Source: an uncultured Verrucomicrobiae bacterium (GTDB taxonomy: Bacteria; Verrucomicrobiota; Verrucomicrobiia; Opitutales; JABDGR01). Taken from it: a stretch of 64,000 nucleotides of DNA. The notes under the pieces were generated by a model. The model was not told where the DNA came from. It saw only the letters and a program-made list of their open reading frames with translations, and made no database searches. The position numbers and the translations under genes are program-made. Within the stretch, counting starts at the first letter, position 1, and each line of letters starts with the position of its first letter. The stretch is taken from assembly GCA_963765205.1 (NCBI GenBank), contig CAVXVB010000005.1, forward strand, positions 352,001 to 416,000, read 5' to 3'. Positions 21,116-30,058 of this stretch are shown one piece after another.

Positions 21116-23152
21116 ATGGACTTCCGTCTCGAAGCCGGCTTCGCTCCCACCGGCGACCAGCCCGCCGCCATCGCCGCGCTCGAAAAATCCCTGCGCGCGG
21201 GGAACCGCTTTCAAACCCTCCTCGGCGTCACCGGCTCCGGCAAGACTTTCACGATGGCCAACCTGGTCGCGCGCCTCCAGCGCCCGGCCCTCATCATCTC
21301 GCACAACAAGACCCTCGCCGCCCAACTCTACAGCGAATTCAAGGCCTTCTTCCCCGACAACGCGGTCGAGTATTTCGTCAGTTACTACGATTATTACCAG
21401 CCCGAGGCCTACGTCCCGCAGACGGACACCTACATCGAAAAAGACTCCTCGATCAACGACGAGATCGAGCGCCTGCGCATCTCCGCCACCAGCGCGCTCA
21501 TCAGCCGGCGCGATGTCATCGTGGTCGCCAGCGTGTCCTGCATCTATGGCCTCGGCTCGCCCGAGGACTTCCGCGCGATGATGATCCCCCTCGCCCCCGG
21601 CGCCGAGTTCCCGCGCGAGTCCTTTCTCGAACGCCTCGTCGAAAACCTTTACGAGCGCAACGACATCGCGCTCGAACGCGGCAAGTTCCGCGCCCGCGGC
21701 GAGGTCGTGGATGTATTCCCCGCCTACATGGAAACGGCCCTGCGCGTCGAGTTCTGGGGCGGCGTCATCGAGTCCCTCCGCCCGCTGGATCCGCTGACGG
21801 GCGACACCGGCGCGCCGCTCGAAAAATTCAGCCTCTACCCCGCCAACCAGTATATCACGCCGCGGCACAAACTCGCCGCCGCCGTCGCCGGCATCCGCGC
21901 CGAACTCGAGGCCCAGGTGTCGTTTTTCGAAAAGCAAAACCGCCTGGTCGAGGCCCAGCGCATCCGCATGCGCACGGAATACGATTTGGAAATGCTCTCG
22001 GAAATGGGCTTTTGCAGTGGCATCGAGAATTATTCCCGCCACATCTCCGGCCGCGCGCCCGGCTCGCGCCCGTGGTGCCTCATTGATTTTTTCCCGCCGG
22101 ACTTCCTCCTCTTTATTGACGAAAGCCATGCCACCGTCCCGCAAATTGGCGGCATGTATGCCGGCGACCGCTCGCGCAAATCGCGCCTCGTGGACTTTGG
22201 CTTCCGCCTGCCCTCCGCGCTCGACAACCGCCCGCTCGACGCCAAGGAGTTTTTGGAGGTCACCGGCCAGACCGTCTATGTTTCCGCGACGCCCGCGCCC
22301 TACGAGTTGAAAAATTCCGCCGTCGTCGCCGAGCAACTCATCCGTCCGACCGGACTGCTCGACCCGCCGATGGAAGTGCGCCCGATTCGCGGCCAGGTCG
22401 AAAACCTCCTCGGCGAAATCCAGGCTGCCGTTGCGCAACACGAGCGCGTCCTCGTCACCACGCTCACCAAGCGCATGGCCGAGGACCTCGCCACTTATTT
22501 GCGCGATGCCAAGGTGCGCGTCGAATACCTGCACAGCGACATTGACGCGCTCGAACGCGTCGAAATTCTGCGCCGCCTGCGCGCGGGCGAGTTCGACGTG
22601 CTGGTCGGCGTCAACCTGCTGCGCGAGGGTCTCGACCTGCCCGAAGTCGCGCTCGTCGCCATCCTCGACGCCGACAAGGAAGGTTTCCTGCGCAGCGAGA
22701 CGAGCCTCATCCAGACCTCCGGCCGCGCCGCTCGCCATGTGCAGGGCCGCGTGCTGCTCTACGCCGATGTGATGACGGAATCGCTCAAGCGCGCCCTGGC
22801 CGTCTCGCGTTACCGCCGCGAACGGCAGCTCGCCTACAACACGGAGCACGGCATCACCCCGCGCGGCATCTCGCGCGGTGTGCAATCCAGCCTGCATGTT
22901 TACGCGGACGCCGTGCCCGACCCGGTCAGCGTCGCCGAGGCGCACGGCGACCGCGATGTCGCCGCGGTACTCGCCGAACTCGAGCAGGAAATGCTCGACG
23001 CCGCGGGCAAGCTCGAATTCGAGCGCGCGGCAATTCTGCGCGACCAAATCGAAGCCCTCAAAGCCGGCTACGCCGGGAAGCCATTGCCGCCCCGCCGCGC
23101 TCGCGCCGAATATCGTTATCCGAAAAGCAGTAATAAGAAAAAGAAGGGATAA
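21116..23152 (+). CDS. uvrB: Excinuclease ABC subunit B
   Basis: [58 protein letters not shown]-terminal UVR domain. Confidence 0.98.
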   Translation: MDFRLEAGFAPTGDQPAAIAALEKSLRAGNRFQTLLGVTGSGKTFTMANLVARLQRPALIISHNKTLAAQLYSEFKAFFPDNAVEYFVSYYDYYQPEAYVPQTDTYIEKDSSINDEIERLRISATSALISRRDVIVVASVSCIYGLGSPEDFRAMMIPLAPGAEFPRESFLERLVENLYERNDIALERGKFRARGEVVDVFPAYMETALRVEFWGGVIESLRPLDPLTGDTGAPLEKFSLYPANQYITPRHKLAAAVAGIRAELEAQVSFFEKQNRLVEAQRIRMRTEYDLEMLSEMGFCSGIENYSRHISGRAPGSRPWCLIDFFPPDFLLFIDESHATVPQIGGMYAGDRSRKSRLVDFGFRLPSALDNRPLDAKEFLEVTGQTVYVSATPAPYELKNSAVVAEQLIRPTGLLDPPMEVRPIRGQVENLLGEIQAAVAQHERVLVTTLTKRMAEDLATYLRDAKVRVEYLHSDIDALERVEILRRLRAGEFDVLVGVNLLREGLDLPEVALVAILDADKEGFLRSETSLIQTSGRAARHVQGRVLLYADVMTESLKRALAVSRYRRERQLAYNTEHGITPRGISRGVQSSLHVYADAVPDPVSVAEAHGDRDVAAVLAELEQEMLDAAGKLEFERAAILRDQIEALKAGYAGKPLPPRRARAEYRYPKSSNKKKKG

Positions 23153-23204
23153 TCATGGAGCACGCGGAGAAGACGGAACCGGTGCTCGATCGGTTGGTTT
23201 CGTT

Positions 23205-23430
23205 TTTTGCCCCGCAGGGGCAAAGGAATCCAGCCCAGGGCTTCGTGCAGCGAAACCCTGGGGATGAATGTCATAAAATATCTTGCGCCCTGTCCGGGCG
23301 CAGGAGCGGTGCCCAATTTCCTCCGCCCCGTCAGGGCGGGAATTTATGTTCGACCGTTGACCCAGGGTTTCTCCCGCAAGGCGGGATTAACCCTGGGCTT
23401 GGCTCCTTCGCCCCGTTGGGGCGAAAAAAC
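23205..23430. repeat. Second nested palindromic REPIN-like element (A-B-C...C'-B'-A')
   Basis: gccccgcaggggc, cccaggg...ccctggg and tgcgccctgtccgggcgca, mirrored by ccgccccgtcagggcgg, cccaggg...ccctggg and cgccccgttggggcg. Confidence 0.8.
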
Positions 23431-23498
23431 CAAAACCAAATTTATACACCTCCTCGCCGCTTGCCTTTGCGCTTGGCCCCGTCATCTTAAACTCGGAT

Positions 23499-24578
23499 AT
23501 GAAAATTCTCCCCGTTGCGCTGAGGCTTGCGGCCTTTGGCTTGCTCGCGTGCCACACCAGCTATGCCGCCGTCACCGTTGTCCCTCCACAGTTCACAGAT
23601 ATGGACTTTGCGGCACTGGTCAACGATGACCAAGCCAGCATCATCCACATGGACGGCCAGGGCCACGCCATAGTCGAGCCGCTGGACTTCCTAAAGGGCC
23701 ACGCTGTGTTGGGCTGGGCGATGGCCAACTTGGATCAGGTTGTTACTTGCGAGCTAAACGCAGCCAACTCGACCGAACTGGAGTTTAAGTATTACCAGCA
23801 CTTGGTTTTGCAGCAAACATTTCGATTTCCAGTCACCAGTAATCTTCAGTTGCATGCCCCAATTTGGATGTTTTTGTTACCCGAGAAGAATTGCCTTCTG
23901 TTCAAGCCGTGGGCGCAGAGTGCAAATATCCTAATTAGAATTGATCTTACGACTGGTGCCAGGAAAGAGTTAACCATTACCTCGAAACTGAAGGGGCAAT
24001 CCCCGACGGGAATCGTTGAAAATCCCTTATGGGATTCGAAACATGGTAATTTGATCGTAGCCGTTGAGGAAAATGTGCCAAATCGAAACTCCACGCAACC
24101 CTTTTGGGCCCGACTGGATTCGGACGATGCTTCTCTTAAGGGCGAAACGCCGTGGGAAGAAGGGCCACTTGTCTATGATGCCGACGTTAGCCAATTGCTT
24201 TATTACGACCAAGCCAGTGACGATGTGATTTTCTATGGAGTGTGGGGCAATATGGCCACCGTCTTATTAAATGGAGGCGCACCGAGCTTTAATACGATGC
24301 CCCTCAATTCAGGCCATCCGAAGGTGCTCATGGAGGAGATTGGGATGCAACCCTACCAACCCATGATCTCCACGAATTATATTGCCATCATCAACCGGCG
24401 CTACGTGGTCATGACGCGGGTGATCCATAACCCGCGGCTGGGTGACGGTGATCCCCGCACCTTTCTAATAGACCTGCAAAACCACGGCGTGCAGATGCTG
24501 GACATGCCTTATGTGACCTGGCCCATCAGCCAGGATGGATTGCATATTGATAATCCGCCAAAAAGCGACCAGCCTTAG
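23499..24578 (+). CDS. Hypothetical exported protein, lower GC
   Basis: 359-aa ORF with a signal peptide ending SYA-A; no recognised family. Confidence 0.7.
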   Translation: MKILPVALRLAAFGLLACHTSYAAVTVVPPQFTDMDFAALVNDDQASIIHMDGQGHAIVEPLDFLKGHAVLGWAMANLDQVVTCELNAANSTELEFKYYQHLVLQQTFRFPVTSNLQLHAPIWMFLLPEKNCLLFKPWAQSANILIRIDLTTGARKELTITSKLKGQSPTGIVENPLWDSKHGNLIVAVEENVPNRNSTQPFWARLDSDDASLKGETPWEEGPLVYDADVSQLLYYDQASDDVIFYGVWGNMATVLLNGGAPSFNTMPLNSGHPKVLMEEIGMQPYQPMISTNYIAIINRRYVVMTRVIHNPRLGDGDPRTFLIDLQNHGVQMLDMPYVTWPISQDGLHIDNPPKSDQP

Positions 24579-24645
24579 GCAGTGGCTTCAATCTCCGATG
24601 CAACCATTCCTTCGCCTTACCGTGCGCATCTTGGACAAACATGAT

Positions 24646-24674
24646 CGGAGCGCGGGCTAAAGCACCGCGCTACG
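24646..24674 (-). repeat. GTAG-type REP palindrome (same family as 52307-52382)
   Basis: cggagcgcgggctaaagcaccgcgctacg. Confidence 0.75.
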
Positions 24675-24751
24675 CATCAAGCCAGCCTGACGGCCCGACT
24701 TTGTTTTTCAACGCCTTTGTCCCTCTGCTCCTTTGTCCCTTTCTTCCCCCC

Positions 24752-25474
24752 ATGACCTATTTTCGCTTCCATCTTTTCTTCAACATTCCGGTGCTGGCCA
24801 TCCTGCTGGCGTGGCCGGCGGGCCACGCGTTTGGCCTGAGCCAATGGGTGGCCGTGGCGTGGGTGCTGTTGGCGGTGTATGCTTTCACGACGCCGTGGGA
24901 CTATTACGCGGTGGGGCAGGGGATGTGGAATTTCGCCGAGGGCAAGCATTGGAAGCGCGTCTGGCGGCTGCCGGTCGAGGAATATCTTTTTTTCGGCCTG
25001 CAAACCATCGAGGTCTTGCTCCTCGTAAACGGCCTCATCGGGCTGCGCTGGGGCGCCGACTCCTGGCCGATGCCGGCGCTGAACAGCCCGGTGGTTTTGA
25101 GCATGCTCGGCGCGCTGGCGGTGGTCTGGATTTTTCTGCGCCTGGTCGGCGTGCGCCGCCCGCGGCGCTTCAACTATGCGTGGCATTTGTTTTATTGGTT
25201 CCTGCCGGTGCTCGCCGCGCAATGGATCATCGGCTGGGGCATCCTCGCCCCGCGCTGGCCGCTGCTGCTCGTGCCCACCTTCGCCGTTGGGCTGTGGCTG
25301 ACGGTGGCCGACCTGGCGGCGGTGCGCTCCGGCCTGTGGTATTTCGACCACAAGCAAGTCACCGGCCTGCGCCTCTTCGGCATCCTGCCATGGGAAGAGG
25401 CGGCGTTTTTCCTCCTCACCAGTTTGCTCGTTGCGCAAAGTTATTTACTGCTGCTGCCGGAAGCGGCGCGGTGA
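24752..25474 (+). CDS. Lycopene cyclase domain protein (two tandem membrane domains)
   Basis: Two repeats of the W(D/x)...G.W.F...P.EE..FF pattern (TPWDYYAV...LPVEEYLFF and ADLAAV...LPWEEAAFF). Confidence 0.85.
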   Translation: MTYFRFHLFFNIPVLAILLAWPAGHAFGLSQWVAVAWVLLAVYAFTTPWDYYAVGQGMWNFAEGKHWKRVWRLPVEEYLFFGLQTIEVLLLVNGLIGLRWGADSWPMPALNSPVVLSMLGALAVVWIFLRLVGVRRPRRFNYAWHLFYWFLPVLAAQWIIGWGILAPRWPLLLVPTFAVGLWLTVADLAAVRSGLWYFDHKQVTGLRLFGILPWEEAAFFLLTSLLVAQSYLLLLPEAAR

Positions 25475-25493
25475 AGTGCAGTGAAGTTGCCCA

Positions 25494-25616
25494 AACGCTC
25501 AACTTTTAACGTTCAACGCTCAAGTTTGGCGGCAAACCAAGTTTCCAACCTATCTGCCCATGAGTGGGAGTTTACTTATTTGAGCGTTAGACGTTAAGTG
25601 TTAAACGTTGAGCGTT
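25494..25616. repeat. Inverted pair of heptamer arrays AACGCTC-type and GAGCGTT-type
   Basis: 25494-25521 and 25582-25616 are mutually complementary. Confidence 0.85.
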
Positions 25617-25738
25617 CTTGGCGTCGCCTTGCACGGAAGCTGCTCCAAGCTCCCCTACTCGCGCGATCTCGCCGCCGCCGTTCACCCGCCACTTGCCTTT
25701 TTTTTCCAGCCCCTTTACCCTATTCTTCAATTCCCGCC

Positions 25739-26068
25739 ATGCACCCCCCCGTCGGCATCAAGCGCGCCCCGTTGGCCGCGACCTCCCAGCCGGGCCTCGC
25801 GCCGGACCGGAGCACACGCACCGTGCCCGCGCTCGAATCTTCGTGGAAGGTGGTCGTGATGAACGACGATGTGAATTTGATGACCTACGTCGTGCATGTT
25901 TTTCGCAAGGTGTTCGGCTACGAGACGGAGCGCGCGCGGCGGCACATGCTCGAAGTTCACCAACAAGGCCGCTCGGTCGTCTGGTCGGGCGCGCGCGAGG
26001 CCGCCGAGCACTACGTTCACCAGCTCCAGCAATGGCATTTGCGCGCGCAATTGGAGTCCCATGTCTGA
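25739..26068 (+). CDS. clpS: ATP-dependent Clp protease adaptor ClpS
   Basis: WKVVVMNDDVNLMTYVVHVF...MLEVHQQGRSVVWSG. Confidence 0.92.
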   Translation: MHPPVGIKRAPLAATSQPGLAPDRSTRTVPALESSWKVVVMNDDVNLMTYVVHVFRKVFGYETERARRHMLEVHQQGRSVVWSGAREAAEHYVHQLQQWHLRAQLESHV

Positions 26069-26561
26069 GTTGCCCGCACGTTCCGCCGCGCCGGTGGTCC
26101 GGCTGCGCTTTTCCGCGCCGTTGCGGGAGCTGCTCGTGGCGATGGTAGGGCGCGTCCACGTCGCCGCGTCCGCCGCAATGGATGAGCTGAAGCCGTCCGC
26201 GCGCCAGCCGGCTGATTGGCCCGATCCGGAATTGGACGCCGCATGGGCCGCGGGCTTGCGCGAGCGCGAAGAATACGACACGCGCGCACTGCTCAGCCTC
26301 GTGATGAACCCTAATTTTGGCGTCGCCGATTTGCCGATCACCCCCTCTGCTGCCGAGGCTATTGCGCGCGCCAGCGTGCGCGTGCGCCTGCACTTGCGCG
26401 AGACGCTCCTGCGCGATTTGAATGCTCTGGAAGTGGACGGCGACCTCGATATTTTCCGCCTCCCAGCGGTCGAGCAGCAAGGCTATGCCTGCTTCCGCCT
26501 CCTCGCGCACCTGGAGGAAGACCTTATTTTGCAATTGGATCCGGGTTTGGCGAAATCATAG
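26061..26561 (+). CDS. Hypothetical protein (DUF2017-like, clpS-linked)
   Basis: Overlaps the clpS stop; helical 'RVRLHLRE...LAHLEEDLI' pattern. The family call is from synteny and resemblance only. Confidence 0.55.
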   Translation: MSELPARSAAPVVRLRFSAPLRELLVAMVGRVHVAASAAMDELKPSARQPADWPDPELDAAWAAGLREREEYDTRALLSLVMNPNFGVADLPITPSAAEAIARASVRVRLHLRETLLRDLNALEVDGDLDIFRLPAVEQQGYACFRLLAHLEEDLILQLDPGLAKS

Positions 26562-26593
26562 GGATGTTTTTTGAAACTCCGGGAAGTTGTTGA

Positions 26594-26674
26594 AATGGAA
26601 GATGGAAAATGGAAGATGGAAAAAGAAAACCAAGAATTCAGGCGAGTTCGTTTTTCCATTTTCCATCTTCCATT
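26594..26674. repeat. Inverted pair of heptamer arrays (A/G)ATGGAA x4 and TTCCAT(T/C) x3 upstream of recN
   Basis: Direct reading; same unit as at 1914. Confidence 0.85.
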
Positions 26675-26685
26675 ATTTTCCGCCC

Positions 26686-28356
26686 ATGCTTCAATTCCTC
26701 CGCATCCGCAACCTGGCGCTCGTCGAGCGCGCCGAGCTGGAATTCAGTGCCGGCTTTACCGCCGTCACCGGCGAGACCGGCGCGGGCAAGAGCGTCCTGC
26801 TCGGCGCGCTGAGCCTGCTGGCCGGCAACCGGGCGGACAAGACGGTCATCCGCCAGGGCGCGGAGGCGTGCGAGGCGGAAGGCGTGCTGTCCTTCGTCGG
26901 CGCGGCGCTCGCGCGGGTCAACGCGCTGCTGGAAAAACTCGGCCTGCCCGTGTGCGAGGACGGCACGCTGGTGCTGCGGCGTTCGCTCGCGGCCGCGAAA
27001 GCCCCGCGCATTCAAATCAACGGCGCGCTGGCCACGCTGGGCGCGTTGCAGGAGCTGGGCGAAAACTGGGTGGACTTTCACGGCCCCGGCGAGCCGCAAA
27101 AACTTTTTCAGGAAAAACACCAGCGCGAGATGCTCGATGCCTTTGGCCGGATCGAGGAGCCCGCCGCCCAATTCGCCGCGCATTATCAAGCCTGGCGCGA
27201 CGGCCTGCGCGAAGCCGAAGAGCTGTCCCGCGCCGGGCGGATGTCGCCCGACGAAATTGAATTCGCCCGCCTGCAAATCGCGCGCCTCGACCAGCTCGAC
27301 CCTACACCGGAAAACATTGCCGCGCTGGAACGTGATTTCAACCGGGCGGACAAGGCGCAGGAACTCGCCGCCCTCGCCACGCAGCTCGAAAACGGCCTGG
27401 CAGGCGAGGAGAGTGTGGCGGCGAAATTTCCTGCGCTGGTGCGCGCCGCGCGCGAACTGGCCGTGCTGGATCCCACCGCCGCCCCGCTCGCGCAGCGGCT
27501 CGAGGCCGCCGTCGTCGAATTGCAGGAACTCGGTGGCGATTTTGGACGCCTTGGCGAGGGCCTCGAATTCGACGAAGCCGCCGCGCGCGCCCTCCAGGAG
27601 CGCATGAGCCTGTGGCTGGAACTCCAGCGCCGCTACGGCGCGGACGCCACCGCCTTGCGCGCCAAGCGCGACGAACTGGCCCGCAAAGTTTCCGCCCAAT
27701 CCGACATCGAAGGCACCCTCGCCCGGCTCGCTGCGGAATCCGCCGCGCGTGAAAAAGCGTTGCGGCGCGAGGCCGCAAAATTACGCGAGGCCCGCGCCGC
27801 CGCCGCGCAATCCCTTGAGAAAAAAGCCGCGCGCCTGCTCAAGGCCCTCGGCTTCAAGCAAGCCGGCTTGAGCATCGCCGTCACCGCCGCGCCCGAATTG
27901 CGCGAACACGGCGACAGCCGGATTGAATTTCTCTTTGCGCCCAATCCCGGCCAGGCGCCGCTGCCGCTCAACAAAATCGCCTCGAGCGGCGAGACCGCGC
28001 GCGTGATGCTCGCGCTCAAGGCCGTGCTCGCCGAGGCCGACGCCACGCCGCTGCTCGTGTTCGACGAGGTGGACGCCAATGTCGGCGGTGAAATTGGCGC
28101 GGCGGTCGGGCGCGAACTGGCCGCGCTCGGCGTGAAGCACCAAGTCTTTTGCGTTACGCACCTGCCGCAAGTAGCCGCCCGCGCCGCCCGGCACTTCGTG
28201 GTCGAAAAACACCACGCTGCGCGCGCGACCACCATCGCCATTCGCGACCTGCCGGTTGATTCCCCCGCGCGGGTGGACGAATTGGCGCGGATGCTCGGCG
28301 ACCGCTCCGCGAAGTCCGCCCAGCAACACGCCCGGGCGCTGCTGGCAGCGGAGTAG
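26686..28356 (+). CDS. recN: DNA repair protein RecN
   Basis: TGETGAGKS, coiled coil, IASSGETARVMLA, FDEVDANVGG, CVTHLPQVAA. Confidence 0.96.
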   Translation: MLQFLRIRNLALVERAELEFSAGFTAVTGETGAGKSVLLGALSLLAGNRADKTVIRQGAEACEAEGVLSFVGAALARVNALLEKLGLPVCEDGTLVLRRSLAAAKAPRIQINGALATLGALQELGENWVDFHGPGEPQKLFQEKHQREMLDAFGRIEEPAAQFAAHYQAWRDGLREAEELSRAGRMSPDEIEFARLQIARLDQLDPTPENIAALERDFNRADKAQELAALATQLENGLAGEESVAAKFPALVRAARELAVLDPTAAPLAQRLEAAVVELQELGGDFGRLGEGLEFDEAAARALQERMSLWLELQRRYGADATALRAKRDELARKVSAQSDIEGTLARLAAESAAREKALRREAAKLREARAAAAQSLEKKAARLLKALGFKQAGLSIAVTAAPELREHGDSRIEFLFAPNPGQAPLPLNKIASSGETARVMLALKAVLAEADATPLLVFDEVDANVGGEIGAAVGRELAALGVKHQVFCVTHLPQVAARAARHFVVEKHHAARATTIAIRDLPVDSPARVDELARMLGDRSAKSAQQHARALLAAE

Positions 28357-28439
28357 CGTCGGCGCATTTTCACTATTTATTACGGACTTGCGCGCGGGTG
28401 CGGCTTCCTGTAACTTTACCCATCGTTCCTCCCACCCCC

Positions 28440-28862
28440 ATGCGACGACTCAACCTCGGTCTGGCCTTGCTGTTATTGGTCGTGGCGATTCTCGTCATCG
28501 CGCCCACCGTCGTTTTTTGGTATCTGTGGGGCCCTGAGGCGGTCATGCATCATTGGGCGTGGGTCACCTATCTTTTCTTTTTGACCCTGCTCGGAACCGT
28601 GCTGGTTTTGACGGCCCGCATAAAGCCGGGGCAGCCGGAACGAGTCAACCGCGGCCCCAAACGCCGCCTGCGGTTGGGCTTCGCGGCATTCGGCTTGGTG
28701 GCGGCGATTTTAATCATCGCGCCCACCGCCGCGTTCGGAAAAATTTTCGGCCTCGACGCCGTGGTGGCCTATTGGGGCAGCGTCATTCTGCTGGTGTTGA
28801 TGACGTTTGCCGGGCTGTTTTTGATTTTCACCGACAAGGGCCGCGTCCGCCAGAATTCCTGA
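28440..28862 (+). CDS. Small 4-TM membrane protein with internal duplication
   Basis: Two similar halves, RRLNLG...AILVIAPT and RRLRLG...AILIIAPT. Confidence 0.7.
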   Translation: MRRLNLGLALLLLVVAILVIAPTVVFWYLWGPEAVMHHWAWVTYLFFLTLLGTVLVLTARIKPGQPERVNRGPKRRLRLGFAAFGLVAAILIIAPTAAFGKIFGLDAVVAYWGSVILLVLMTFAGLFLIFTDKGRVRQNS

Positions 28863-28866
28863 GTTT

Positions 28867-29955
28867 TCACGCATAGGCCGCGCCGCCCAGCAGGAGATCG
28901 CCTTCATAAAGTGCCACGATTTGGCCGGGGGCCAGCGCGCGCTGCGGTTCCGCGAAAACGATGCGCGCGCGGGTGGGATCTGCCGCGTCTACCGCCAGGG
29001 TCGCGGCGGCGGCGGGGTCACGGTAACGCGGTCGCGCAAAAACTGAATGCGGCGTGCCCACGGCGAGCACCCGGTTCGTCCAATGCAAATCACGGAGCGC
29101 GAACTCGCGTCCCCACAACCCCGGCGCGTCCGGCTCGTCAAAGGCGACGACCAGCGCATTGTGCTCCTGATCCTTGCCGACGACGACGTACGCCTTGTGA
29201 TCCGTGTTCGACGGCACGCCGATGCCGTGGCGCTGGCCAAGCGTGTAGCGGTGCAGCCCGCGGTGCAGGCCCAGTTCACGGCCCGCGGGGGTGACAATCG
29301 GGCCGGGCTGTTCGGGAATGTATTGATCGAGAAACGTGTTGACCGGCACGCGCCCGAGGAAGCAAATGCCCTGGCTGTCCTTGCGCTCAGCGTTGGGCAG
29401 GCCGGCCTGGCGGGCCAGGTCGCGTACCTGCGGCTTGTGCAAATGGCCCACGGGAAAAAGCGCGCGGCGCAAACTTTCCTGCCGTACCAGCGCGAGAAAA
29501 TACGACTGGTCCTTGTTCGGGTCAGCGCCCGTGAGCACGTCCACCGAGCCGTTCGGCTCTTTCTGCCGGCGCACATAATGGCCCGTGGCGACGTATTCAC
29601 AGCCGAGGCGCGTGGCGTGGCTGGTGAGCACGCCGAACTTGATTTCACGGTTGCACATGCAGTCGGGGTTGGGCGTGCGGCCCCCCGCGTAGCCCGAAAC
29701 GAGATAATCTACGACCCGTGTGCGGTAGTCCTCCATGAGATTCAGGACGTGGAAGGGCACGCCGATTTTTTTGGCGACGGCCCGGGCGTCCGCCAAATCG
29801 CGCTCCCAGGGACAATCGGCAATAACAGCCGTGCCCTCTTCGTGCATCCAGGTGCGCATATACGCGCCCACGACTTCGTGGCCCTGCTCGCGCAGGAGCA
29901 GGGCGGCCACGGCGCTGTCCACGCCGCCCGAAAGCGCTGCCAGAATGCGGGCCAT
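28867..29955 (-). CDS. mnmA: tRNA 2-thiouridine(34) synthase MnmA
   Basis: SGGVDS, TPNPDCMCNREIKFG, ATGHY, KDQSYFL, KDSQGICF. Confidence 0.97.
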   Translation of the reverse strand: MARILAALSGGVDSAVAALLLREQGHEVVGAYMRTWMHEEGTAVIADCPWERDLADARAVAKKIGVPFHVLNLMEDYRTRVVDYLVSGYAGGRTPNPDCMCNREIKFGVLTSHATRLGCEYVATGHYVRRQKEPNGSVDVLTGADPNKDQSYFLALVRQESLRRALFPVGHLHKPQVRDLARQAGLPNAERKDSQGICFLGRVPVNTFLDQYIPEQPGPIVTPAGRELGLHRGLHRYTLGQRHGIGVPSNTDHKAYVVVGKDQEHNALVVAFDEPDAPGLWGREFALRDLHWTNRVLAVGTPHSVFARPRYRDPAAAATLAVDAADPTRARIVFAEPQRALAPGQIVALYEGDLLLGGAAYA

Positions 29956-30058
29956 TCCGACAGTCTCGAGTTTCGGGTTTGAAGTTTCGAGTTAAAAAAC
30001 CAAGGCTTACAAATCCAACCAGGCATGTTATAAGCTACCCTTCCGCTCCATTTACCCC

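Noticed and set aside
20891..23047. 718-aa minus-strand ORF
   Set aside because: Antisense shadow of uvrB.
23155..23490. 111-aa ORF after uvrB
   Set aside because: Coincides with the nested palindromic repeat; not protein-like.
27970..28000. RecN signature SSGE instead of SGGE
   Set aside because: A single substitution with all other motifs intact; probably a lineage variant, with too little evidence for altered function.
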